Shown piece by piece: positions 50,001 to 61,483 of a stretch of DNA of 64,000 nt. The position numbers and the translations under genes are program-made. The notes beneath the pieces are model-generated. The model had not been told where the DNA came from and searched no databases. It worked only from the letters and a program-made list of their open reading frames with translations. Source of the DNA: Azolla caroliniana (taxonomy: Eukaryota; Plantae; Polypodiophyta); NCBI GenBank assembly GCA_043228905.1, contig JBHGNT010000007.1, forward strand, positions 16,244,001 through 16,308,000, given 5' to 3'. The stretch's first letter is position 1. Each line of letters starts with the position of its first letter.

Positions 50001-50601
50001 AGTCCTTTTTAATAGTGCTGGAAGGATGTATTGATATGGCAAATAGGAACATTGCCTCCTTGGGTCCTTCTTCGCGTAGTTGATGGAGTGAAATGGTCGA
50101 AACTCGGTGAGTTGATTCTTGGGGTGGTCGATATCGGACTTCTCTTGTTCTCCAATCTATGGCTGGATTATGTAATTCAAGCCAAGGTAATCCTAGGACA
50201 ATGGGATGCTCTGGACTACTAATTATATTAAATGATATTATACACACAAAACTACCTAGGACAACTACTAATTATATTAAATGATATTGAATGGGTTCTG
50301 ATTCTTCTACAATATTCCCGGAAGCAATGGGACGACCATCAATGACCACTACAGATGCGGGACAAGGAAGTTTTCTTAAGGATATCTGAGAAGCTTGGGC
50401 AAAATTTCGATCCATGAAACAGGAATTAGCTCCGGAATCTAAAAGTGCTAGGACGGGTACTGGGGGAGTACTTTTAGTACTAACAATGACTTGGGCTAGG
50501 AACACATTGCTAACTTGCTTGGAAGGAATGGAACCACTAATGGGCTGTACAGATCTAGGGCTGCTGTCCAACCAAATGGCTCCTATTTTGGCTGGACTCA
50601 A
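47001..50601 (-). pseudogene. Chromovirus Pol (PR, RT, RNase H, integrase, group I chromodomain), frameshifted
   Basis: LLDSGANSCFMD; VMPFGLTNAP; YLDDLLIYS; EADASDFALG; NYEIHDKELLAI; CLDFITDLP; SDRGPQF; chromodomain [36 protein letters not shown]. Split across several ORFs, including by a small tandem duplication at ~50212-50290. Confidence 0.93.
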
Positions 50602-51755
50602 TCGTTTAACTCTTCATCTAACTGAGTAAGGATTTCAAATTTATTTGAGATACTTGGGCTATTAGTACTATGAATACTATCTGACACTCTATTAGTACTA
50701 TTAATACTATCAGACACTCCGAAGGGAAGAATTGACTCGGGTTTCGTACAGGCGACGATTTGATTTACCTATCTTCTTGGCCTATGGGGACAATTGATGG
50801 CGATATGTCCTGGTCCACCGCAATAAAGACATAATCGATTGGCACGTCGTCGTTGCTTTTCTTCTTCCGATAACGGGCCGCGTCGACGCATGGTATCGAT
50901 CTCCATCGGTGTCGAAGTATTTGCTTGAGGTATGTCTCGTGCAAACGGTTTAGCCACGACTGCGGTGTAAGTGGGCTCTGGCCTAGAGCGTGGTATCTGT
51001 AATTGACGTTCTGAACGCTGTTCGAAAAGGCGGTTGTCACATCGAACTGCTCGACTGATTGCCTCCGTAAGAGACTTTGGTTCTTCGGGGAAAGTTAGAA
51101 GTAGATCTTTAACATCGTTTCGCAAGCCATAGCGAAACTGCTCCATTAGTGCTTGATCATCCCAGGGTATATCTGAAGCAAGTAGGCGGAAATCAACCGC
51201 GTAGGCAGAGGCTGGACGATTGCCTTGACGCAATCGCTGGATCTTGTTGATCGCCGTCTTGTTGCTGTCGGTGTCTCTAAAGCAGGCTTTAAACTTACCA
51301 ATAAAATCTTCAAAGTTATTAAGCAAGGGCGATTGTTTTTCTAGAAGCGGAGCGAACCATGCCAAGGCTGAGCCGCTAAGTAGCGTGCCAATTAGGCCGA
51401 CTCGAGATGCATCAGTGGGATATCGGGAAGGATGCATCTGGATGACTAAGCGTACCTGATTAAGGAATCCTCGGAATTGCGAACACGTTCCATCAAATTT
51501 CATAGGAAGTCCAATCTTGGGCTCTTTATGAAATCCTTGGGGACTGGATCCTTGTTGTTGCAACGCTGCTTCGAGTTGTTGTACCCATAACGCAAACTCC
51601 CCATGTTGTTGTTGCGTTTGTTGTTTTTCTAGAGCGATTTGTTGCAGATCCCCTATAAGCCGTTGGTTTTCTTGTTCCAGGGCAACAAACTTTTCTTTTA
51701 GGCACTGTAGCTCGGAGAAAACGGATTGATATTCTTGGGCGCTAACAGTAGCCAT
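50598..51755 (-). CDS. Chromovirus Gag (CCHC knuckle), with a probable mutational TAG at 50769-50771 and natural stop at 50598-50600
   Basis: EPKIGLPMKFDG, LRQGNRPASAYAVDFR, PMEID and CLYCGGPGHIAINCP. The frame stays open for 56 more codons after the TAG, up to the frameshift site. Confidence 0.88.
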
Positions 51756-53649
51756 AGTATAGGGAAAAGGGTAGGAGGATGAGGGAGAGTGACAAGTAGG
51801 CTAGAGGAAAATTGGTTCAAACTGTCAGGAATAGTACTAAAACAGAGATGGAATTAGTACTAAAGAACAACAGTACTATTAGTACTAAGAGGACGGGACT
51901 GCGTAAGATTCCCGAGAGAGGAAGTGAGAAGAGGAGAGAGAGAGATAGCGAGAATGAGAGAGAGAGAGATGATGACAGCAACTAATATATTATGTGGAAA
52001 GGTAAGTACAAGAGGCTAAGAGGCTTAAGACTGGCGTTGAACCAATTTGGTTCAAAACAATGCCTTGTGCCTCCTTTTATAGTGTTTTTAGGAATAATCC
52101 TGAAGCTTCTAGAATGTTCCAGAGAGATCTGGAATATACATATCAATTTTCTATGATAAAGTATAAATGAAAATAATATCCTACAAAATACAATTCATAG
52201 TCTAATGGTAAGACCTCGACCCATGTAGCATAAGGTCATGGGTTCGAGTCTAGCCATATCATGATACTCATGACAGGGAGAAGCTCTAGGCCGTTTATGA
52301 AAAGAAATCATGTTCATCAAAATTCATATTGATATGACAGTTACTCAAATTTATGAAGATGAGAGAGACGGATTCAGCGACCTCCCACATCAACACCTTC
52401 AGCCGGGTGTTGTTCGAATTCTCCTCCCAAGGGATCAACTTTGAAGAAGACGAACTTAAAGCCCTTGCTCTCCTTTCAAGCTTGTCGGTGAGTTGGGAGG
52501 TATTCTACATGTCATTTGCCAATAGTTGTCCAAATCTCAATTTGGATGAGACAACCAGACAAGTCCTCATTGAGGATATTCGGCGAAAATCAATGGGCTT
52601 TACCATCGATGATTCGGAAAAAGCCCACAAATCGGCCGAGCTAATCGGAAGAGCTGGCTGAAGTACCAGTAGAGGCCGAGAAGGAAGGATAATCGATAAC
52701 GGTCGAAGTCGAGGAATAGTCGATCAAGTGCTTTCTGCACCCATTGCAAAAGTCTGGTCACAATGTTTCCGAGTGTTGGTCGATAAAGAGAAAGGAGAAC
52801 GCTTGGTGATTCGATCTGACACAAGGAAAATCCGACTTGAATCGCAAAAAGTTTGGTCACAATGTTTTCGAGTGCTGGTCAATAAAGGGAAAGGAGAACG
52901 GTTGGCGATTCAATTTGACACAAGGACAATTCAGCTTGAATCGTTCTCCTACCAGCAACCAAGTCAATGTTGTTGAATCTAAGTCAGAAGTCCTCTCACT
53001 TGGAGACTTGTTGACCTGAGAGATCCTATATAGTGCGCAAGATGCATGAAAGTGGCTACTGGACTCTAGCGCCACATTTCATGTGACCCCCAACATAGAA
53101 TGGTTCTCGAACTATTCGATCGTAGCCGGTGGCATAATCCAACTCCGCAATGGGTAGGAGTGTGTAATCAGGGGCATCGGAGAGGTTCCAATCCCATTGG
53201 CAAATGACAATTCAATAATCTTGCACCAAGTCTGACATGTAGCATCGTCTTGTTAGACCAAAGCTGGGTATTGAACGACTCTTAGCGAGTCATCATGGAT
53301 GATTAGCTGAGGAAACATGAAAATCGGGTGTGGATGCGAGCACAATAACCTGTATATGCTAATGGCGATCAATCTAGAGGGCATAATGAATGTAGACAAA
53401 TCACAAGATTCAAACCTATGGCATTGCCAACTTGGCCATATGTCACAAACCGGACTGAACCTGCTGATGGCGATTGGCTACATCCCGAAGCTCCAAATGA
53501 AGACAGACTTCTGTGAGCATTGTCATTACTGGAAACAGACTAGAAGTCTGCACTCTCTCCAATTACGAGACAATACGACAACCCTTAGAACTGGTCACAT
53601 CGATATATGTGGGCCGATGCCTAAAAGGTCACTAGGAGGCTCCTAGTAC

Positions 53650-56600
53650 TGTGCGAAATAGTGCTCGGCCACAATCGAGTCTTAAACACTGAATGGAAGA
53701 AATAAAATAGAAAGCGGGAAATAAGATGACATGGTATGTTTACATGGAAAACCCTAATTGGGAAAAACCATGGGATCCCACAGACCCGAACTATCACTAT
53801 GTGATAAAGAATACAATGTGAGACTCAGAGGCAACAACCTCTTGCTCTATCTCTTCGTCAACCGACGGTTACAATAGAAACAAGTTTTGTTTCTCTTTCG
53901 CTTTGTCTCTCTCTATTCAACAATAATAATAACAACTCATACGTGTTGAGAGACAAGCTCAACATCAGCCGGATCAGCTGAAGAAGCCGAGGACCGGATC
54001 GGTTGGGACCGATCGGTTAGGCCGAATGTGTAAACCGGTACACAGACCGGTGCGTAGGTAGGGCCGGATCGGTGCGTAAACCGGGAGGCCTTAATGAGCA
54101 TTGAAGTACTGTCTGTACTTCAGTCAGTCCTTCTAGGACTTGTATAAAAGTGTTCATTGAACACACATATGTATAGAGTGTGGTGAATAGAGATTGAGTA
54201 CCCTTTTGAATATAGTTCTTGTTTCATCTCTCTCTCTCTGTCTGTCTCTCCCGCGTATACTGCGTAAGCTCAAGCTCTCCATTACACCTAAGTTTTCTTC
54301 CTTCTGTTCGCTCTTAATACTTGCTTCCGCACGTTACTTTTTACCTGGTATCAGAGCGTGAGGGTTGAGAACCTCTCTGCAGCCGACATAGCTTGACGAA
54401 GAAGAACAAGAAGAACGATGGATAGAGGCATGGCGAGCTCGCTTCCAACAGAGAAGCTCGACAGAACCAACTACGCGTCTTGGTCCTACAAGATGCACCA
54501 GTACCTGCTCAGGCACGGCTACTGGAGTTATGTCGAAGGAGCTAATGACGCGGCACTCGAATCAACACACAAAGACTTCCCGTCGTGGGAGCAATCGGCG
54601 AGCAGGGTATTATACTACTTCTCGTCGTGTGTGGGCGAACAACTATTGAGCTATGTTCGGGATGCAAAGATGCCGAAGGGTGCGTGGGAAAATCTGAAGA
54701 AGATTTTCCCAGCGAGCACCACAGCCAGGAAGCTTCAGCTCCGACAGGAGTTGAGCAACCTACGACAACGCGACTTGTCGATGGCTGACTATACCTCGTA
54801 GATCAAGGATATCTGCGACTCCCTCTCCTCCATAGAGGTGAACATCGAGGAGAGCGAGATGGTCCAGATCTGTCTCGGAGGTTTGGCGTCGAAGTTCGGA
54901 GCGTTCCGAACGTCTGTGTGTACCCGGGAGAATACGCCGTCCTTTTTCGACTTACAGTCAATGCTCCTGGTAGAGGAGAACCACGCGGGTGCGTCTACAA
55001 GCACGCACACCAACAACAGAATGTTGTACACGGAGGGAGATAGGCCCCGTGGACGTGGAGGACGAGGCGAGTCGGCGCGCAATGGAGGCGGCCGACGAGA
55101 TCAAGGAAGAAGGCACCGAAGTGATGCCGACAGCAACTCCGGACCCTCTGGAAACAGGGGGAGTCGAAGCGATGAGAACCGGCAAGGGAAGGCCATCGCG
55201 GAGTGCTGGTACTGTGGCAAGAAAGGCCACAGGGAAAGTGAGTGCTGGAAGAAGCGCGCCGATTCGGAGAGAACCGGTTCCGGAAATGGCTCCGGACATA
55301 CCGACAAGGGAAATCGGCAGTGATCGCACTACGCCGAAGACTCCAGGAGAGCCGGAGAAGGGTCTGCCTTCGTGACGAGACACGAAGCAAACTCAATGAA
55401 ACGGACCACCCCGAGATCGGACGAGGTGTGGTACGTAGACTCCGGCGCGTCAAACCACATGACGAGCCATAAGGAGTGGTTCTCGTACCTTGAAAAACCG
55501 ATACAACCTGGAGTAGTCGCAATTGGAGACGACACTCCGTATCCGATCGCGAATGTCGGAGAAGTCCCCCTTAGCCATGTCGGGCAGAAAGGGAAACTCA
55601 TGAACGTGTTGCACGTTCTGACAATCACGAAGAACTTGGTCTCGGTCGGAGAGATCGTCGACCAAGGGATGGAGGTTCAGTTCACACACCTCGGGTGCTT
55701 CATTGAGGAAGAAGGCCGTGTGATTGCGCAAGGGCGCAGAGACGGGAGGATGTTCATCCTCGATTCCACTGACGGCGGCACCGCAATGTTCGCGAAGGGA
55801 CAAAAATCCGAGTCGGACATCGATTTGTGGTACAAGCGGATAGGCCACGTCATCTACCAACGGCTTCAAGATCTGCAATCGAAACAGGTAGTGTTCGGAT
55901 TGCCCAAATTTAGTGGCCGGAAGGCACAAATTTGTGAAGCCTGCCAGTTCGGGAAGCAACACTGACTTGCTTTCCCAAACGAGCGAAACTGGAGCCGGAA
56001 CAAGCTCGACCTTATACACTCCGATGTATGGGGGCCGGCACAAAACGTTAGTCTTGGCAGGAGCCGATATTTCGTCTTCTTCATCGACGACCACACGCGG
56101 CACACGTGGATCTACCTCATTGAGAGGAAGAGTGAAGTCTTCGACTGTTTCCGGAACCTCAAAGGGTTCGTGGAAACGGAAACGGGATGAAGGATCAAGT
56201 GCCTGCGGTCGGATGGCGGGAAAGAGTATTTTTCTGGTCAATTCAACGGATATCTACAACAAATGGGAATTCGGCACGAATTCAGTTGTAGATACACGCC
56301 GAAGCAAAACGGCGTGGCTGAGAGGAAGAATCAGTCAGTTGTGGAAGCGGCACGGGCAATGCTGGAGGAGAAGAGCTTGCCCAAGTTCTACTGGGCCGAG
56401 GCGGTAAGGACCGCGGTATACATCCAGAACCGGATCGGAGACAAAGTGTCGGCGCACGAGCTATATTTCGGAACGAAGCCGAACTTGTGACACTTGAGGG
56501 TGTTTGTTAGCATTGCGTATATGCATGTACCGAAGGAGAAAAGGAGGAAGCTGGACGCAAAGGCCGAGAAATGCATCTTGGTCGGTTACTCGGACGAGCA

Positions 56601-59600
56601 GAAGGGTTATAAGTGCTATAACCCTCGCACCAAACAAGCGCGTGTCAACCGCGACGTTGTGTTTGACGAGTCCGCGTCCTGGTACCAGCCCCCGACTTCG
56701 AACCCCGACTCCAATCCGAGCTCTGACGATAAGGTCAAAGAGGCCGAGATGCCTCCGGATGAGCCCGAAATCGAGACCCGCGAAGAGAGTTCGATTTCAC
56801 TCCGTTTAAGTGGACCGATTGGACGGCTGAGTCGGTACGATCAGTCCGATGAAGAGCCAGCGAGTAGTGGAGACTCGGCCGTGCATTCCCCGCGCAGGAA
56901 GCCGATAGGAACGAGTCAGACCGACGCGAGTCCGACTCCGAGGGAACCGGTGACGGGTCTTTAAAGGTGAAGTCCGCGTCGACCGAGAAGGCCTCGACAT
57001 TGGCTAATGTGAGATTACGCCGATCTACCCGCCAGAAGAACCCTGTTTTGCGGTTCGGATACAACGAGTACATGGCGCATCATTATGCGTACATGACCCG
57101 TGTAGCGGAAGTGCGTGAGCCGGAGAGCTATGCAGAAGCGGCTAAAGATGCGAATTGGCGTGCGGCGATGGAGGAAGAGATGCATGCATTGGCGGAGAAC
57201 GAGACCTGGGACCTGGTTGACGCACCAACAGGGGTAAAACCGATCGGGTGTAGGTGGTTGTACAAGGTCAAGTACAACACCGATGGTTCGGTCAACCGGT
57301 ACAAGGCTCGGCTAGTGGCAAAGGGCTACGCGCAGAAATACGGCATCGACAACGATGAGACATTTGCGCCGGTTGCGAAAATTACGACCGTCTGTGTTTT
57401 GCTCGCAGTAGCTGCAGTGAAGGGGTGGCACTTACACCGGATGGACATAAAGAATGCGCTCCTGCAAGGTGACCTTGAGGAACAGGTGTACATGGTACAA
57501 CCCCCCAGATTTCACTCTGGAACGAACTCCTCGGCAATATGCCGACTGAAGAAGTCCCTTTACGGACTGAAGCAAGCCCCGCGTGCCTGGAACGCGAAGA
57601 TCACGCAACAACTGCGTCGGATGGGCTTCGTCACGTCAAAATCAGACTCTTCCCTGTTCATCCAGAAAGGTTGACTCAGACCAGTTAGTATTTTACTATA
57701 TGTTGATGACTTGGTCATCACCGGCGCCGACATAGGTGAAATCGACCGTATGAAGCTCCAGCTTGTGGCATCGTTCGACATGAAGGTTCTGGGGGACCTT
57801 CATTACTTCCTCGGGATCGAAGTGATCCGTACCCCCGAAGGCATATTAATCAGCCAACGCCATTATGTGCTGAGTATGCTCTTCAACTTCGGGATGGCCG
57901 ACTGTAAGTCCGTCTCGACTCCTCTAGACAGAACCGTCAAGCTTCATCCCGATACGGGAAAGGTATGTGACCCGACGAGGTTCCGACAAATTGTCGGAAG
58001 CCTCATATACTTGACCATCACCCGACCCGACCTCAGTTATCTGGTCGGAGTGATCAGTCAGCTCATGGTGCGACCTACCGAGGAGCACCTCCAGTGTGCG
58101 CAACGCATACTTCGGTATGTCAACGGCACTAAGGACCGGGGACTGCTATATTGGACCGGTGCAGCCGCGCAGTTAGTCGGCTACACCGATGTTGATTGGG
58201 CTGGCAACGCCGCCGATTGCCGATCCACGTCTGGATACGCGTTCTCCCTCGGGAGTGTCGTGATCGCGTGGAGCAGTAAGAAGCAGCCGACAGTTGCACT
58301 ATCGAGCACCGAAGCTGAGTACCGAGGAGCGGCTGTCGCGACATGTGAGGCCATATGGTTGAAGCGGCTACTTAAGGACCTGCAAGAGGAGGTGTCAGAT
58401 CTGACGACCATCTACTGCGACAACCTCAGCAGCATCTAGCTTGCGAAAAACCCCGTTTTTCACGCACGGACCAAGCACATTGAGGTGCACTACCATTTCG
58501 TCCGTGAGCGTGTCCTATCCGGTGAAGTCGAACTTCAGTACGTTCCGACGGATCGGCAGACTGCCGACATCTTCACCAAGCCTCTTGGTCTGGACAAGTT
58601 GCGGCAATTCTCAGGTGCGCTCGGATTGCGCCATCTCGACGTGCCAAACTTGAGGGGGAGAACAGTCCAGAACGACCAAGAAAGGCAGCAGGAAAGGAGC
58701 GGAGACCGCGACACCACCGAGTCGGTTGATTCGGTTGTCGAGTTCGACTTCGGATCGGCTGAAGATGCCGAGGGCGGACCCGCGGAAAAGTTCGGAAGCG
58801 GACAGAAGGGGAGCAGATGAAGGAGAGAGCCGAAGCCAACCATGCATGGGGAAGATGATGCCATCGAGGGCGAGAAGACCGAAGACAAGTTTGAGACAGC
58901 CAACTCGGATGAGAGCGAAAACCGATCGGAGGTAGCCGAGTCGGTTCGGATGTTTGATTCAGATACGCTGAATCAACAGAGGCCCAAGCGGAAGAAAAGG
59001 CAGCAGAAGAAGCGTCAACACCGCAACAGCAGAAGAGCTGATAAGGGCCACATGAGCAGACAAGCCGACCGGAAGGGTCGAAGTGCGTGGAGTCGAACAG
59101 GTCGTGGAGCGCGAATGAGGCGTGAAGCCAGGAGGAACCGGAGCTGTGAGCCCGAAGATCCCGAAGAGCCTCAAGTTGAGCTTGAGGGGGAGTGTTGAGA
59201 GACAAGCTCAACATCGGCCGGATCGGCTGAAGAAGCCGAGGACCGGATCGGTTGGGACCGATCGGTTAGGACGAATGCGTAAACCGATACGCGGACCGAT
59301 GCGTAGGTAGGGCCGGATCGATGCGTAAACCGGGAGGCCGTTAGGAAAGATATTCCGTGAGGAATATATTTGGAAGTTAGTGTAGGAGCCCTTAATGAGC
59401 ATTGAAGTACTGTCAGTACTTCGGTCAGTCCTTCTAGGACTTGTATAAAAGTGTTCATTGAACCCACATATGTATAGAGTGTGGTGAATAGAGATTGAGT
59501 ACCCTTTTGAATATAGTTCTTGTTTCATCTCTCTCTCTCTCTTTCTCTCCCGCGTATACTGTGTAAGCTCAAGCTCTCCATTAAACCTGAGTTTTTTTCC

Positions 59601-59690
59601 TTCTGTTCGGTCTTCATACTTGCTTCCGCACGTTACTTTTTACAATACGAAACACTATTTTCCCTAGTTATATTTATACTCATATAACTT
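53650..59690 (-). mobile_element. Copia-1-family LTR fragment (53650-53943 and ~59650-59690) split by Copia-4
   Basis: Starts TGTGCGAAATAGTGCTCGGCCACAA and shares TGGAAAACCCTA and AAAACCATGGGA motifs. It resumes after Copia-4 with TTATATTTATAC, then is truncated. Confidence 0.75.
53944..59644 (+). mobile_element. Full-length Ty1/copia element (Copia-4, related to Copia-2) with multiple nonsense mutations
   Basis: LTRs at 53944-54345 (402 bp, ~50-bp deletion) and 59193-59644 (452 bp). TSD ATACG (53939-53943 / 59645-59649). PBS TGGTATCAGAGC at 54346; PPT at 59181-59192. Motifs: gag MDRGMASSLPTEKLDRTNYASW, CWYCGKKGHRESEC, WYVDSGASNHMT, NGVAERKNQ, YVDDL and SSTEAEYRG. Confidence 0.97.
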
Positions 59691-60245
59691 ATGGTGTCTT
59701 GAAGATTTCCGGCTACAATGTGAAGCAAGGATGGGTTTCTACTTTGGTCTTCATCTTATTCTTGTTCCCTTAGGGTTTCTACTTTGGTCTTTTCACTCTA
59801 TTTCGTTTCAGGGTTTTACTTTGGCCTTCTTCATTGTCTCGTGGGTTTGGTTCATTCTTTGAACAGAGGTTAGTACTCTGTTTAGGTTCTTCTTCTTGTG
59901 AGAGTTCGTGCGAGTTAGGGTTTATGCATTTGGGGTCTTAGGGTGTTACTCTCTTTCTTCGTGTGAGAGTTTGGACTGTTTTGGGGGTTTCAACAACGAC
60001 GGCTTTTGGCATTCCGGTGGCGGCACTTGGAGGTTCGGTTTCCTCTCCTCGATGGAGAGCGTTTCGTGTGGCGGCCGGTTCGAGAAGGGAGGGTGAAGTG
60101 GCACGGGAACACTCCACCGTCTTCGGGGCGTGACCAACGGTGGATGTCGCAGTTCCGGCGGCCCACTTAACTCGCCTTCGCCGGTTCCCATTCATAACTT
60201 GTTGTATTCGCCTATTGATATGTAATAGCCACCGGATTCGGGGCA

Positions 60246-61000
60246 TGTAACTGTCTTGTTGTAAGACTCTTGTAATATATATTCATGTTAGTGTATATCT
60301 ATCTTCCTTGTAACATATTTGAGTCGGGTCCATAATCGTAGTGGTTTGTTTTCCTGAAACCCTACATTCGTTGGAGCCGGAAGCCGATTCAGCCGGAAGC
60401 CGATTCTAGACCGAAGCCCACAAAGCTTAAGGACTCCACCATCCGTCTCCCTAGTCCAAGACCCCTGCGGTCCCGTTGAAGATCCTACACGTTCTCGCGG
60501 AATACCACGACATCTTTGGTGAACCCGACGTGAAAGGCGGCAAGGGAGAATGGAGGTGGATGAAGAAGGCTTCGTGGTGAAGGCAATGTCGAAGGCGAGG
60601 ATGAACATACACGGATGAAGGGCGGATGAGAAACAGTTTGGAAACCGTTGAGAGTGCGGTCAAAGAAGTCGATCATTGGAGTGGGGACAGGGTCCCAAAA
60701 TTTTTAACGCCCACGATGCTCGGTTTGAGAGCCAACGAGGCTAAAGTGTTTGTCGGGTGGTGATGGCCGTATGGGCATGAAGAGGACAAAGAGCTTCAAG
60801 AAGCTCATGGTTTGGAGTCCTTCGAGGGAGTTACCGAAGATGCGCGGGCATGAGGAGTCGAAGATTGGTGGGGGTGGTCGAAGGAAAGTGGAGGCAAATA
60901 GAGGTCGGGAAGGAAGCCGCCTTCTCGACGGATGAGGAATAATGATGAGGCCGTGTAGGGGCGGGGTTCGGTACGATGGTGCCATTACGGGGAAGGTGTG
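60246..61000 (+). mobile_element. 5' part of a tRNA-Trp-primed LTR retrotransposon (putative LTR 60246-60512, PBS 60517-60534, decayed gag start)
   Basis: TG...CA block followed by TGGTGAACCCGACGTGAA. Downstream ETVESAVKEVDHWSGDRVPKFL looks like a Ty3/gypsy gag N-terminus. The U5-like segment (CCTAGTCCAA.ACCCC) is shared with the remnant at ~40023. Confidence 0.65.
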
Positions 61001-61336
61001 TGTAAAAACGAAGGTGCGGAACCTTTAGACAGCCGGCTTAGCCGGATAGCAACAGAGAGAGAGAGAGATTAACACACAAAAGGTATGCAAGAGAGACAGA
61101 GAAAGAGCAGAACAACTTAAATCTATTATCAAAAAACTCTGTAAAATTCTCTGTACCTACAACGTGCTCAACAACACTATTTATACAAGTCCTAAGAGGA
61201 CTGACAGAAGTACGGTGTACTTCAATGCTCACACAAGTGTCTGACACTAACTACGAGACATTAACTACCTAATAGTCTAGGCTGCTACTAGGCTTCCAGT
61301 TACTACTGGATCCGGCTAACCGGCTCCCCAACTCAC
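61001..61336 (-). mobile_element. LTR fragment related to Copia-4 LTRs, interrupted by the chromovirus at 61337
   Basis: TGTAAAAACGAAGGTGCGGAA and TATACAAGTCCTAAGAGGACTGACAGAAGTAC...TACTTCAATGCTCA are reverse complements of Copia-4 LTR motifs. Confidence 0.75.
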
Positions 61337-61444
61337 TGTCAGAAATAGTACTAGAACAGAGAGAGAATTAGTACTAGAGAAGGGAAGTACTATTAGTACT
61401 AAGAGGACGGGACCGCGTAAGACTCCCGAGAGGGAGGAAAGAGA

Positions 61445-61483
<39 letters not shown>

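Larger units (their letters stand above)
46537..52275 (-). mobile_element. Full-length Ty3/gypsy chromovirus, Tcn1-like
   Basis: 453-bp LTRs at 46537-46989 and 51823-52275 (roughly ten differences). TSD GGGAG (46532-46536 / 52276-52280). PPT at 46990-47002. Domain order is gag-PR-RT-RH-INT-chromodomain. No TGG-type tRNA PBS. Confidence 0.97.
45919..53649 (+). mobile_element. Degenerate Ty1/copia element (Copia-3): 5' LTR end, PBS, gag, protease and start of integrase; interrupted by the chromovirus at 46537-52275
   Basis: LTR ends ...CAACA at 46166; PBS TGGTATCAGAG at 46169. Gag MASTSITGLEIQKFGGKYFALWKEMM starts at 46274 and resumes at 52281. Further motifs are WLLDSSATFHVTP (~53052), LWHCQLGHMS, FCEHC and HIDICGPMP. 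A ~78-bp tandem duplication lies at 45922-46078. Confidence 0.85.

Noticed and set aside
50769-50771. Programmed stop-codon readthrough at the gag TAG
   Set aside because: No CARYYA-type context; a CAG-to-TAG transition is simpler given the many C-to-T stops in neighbouring elements.
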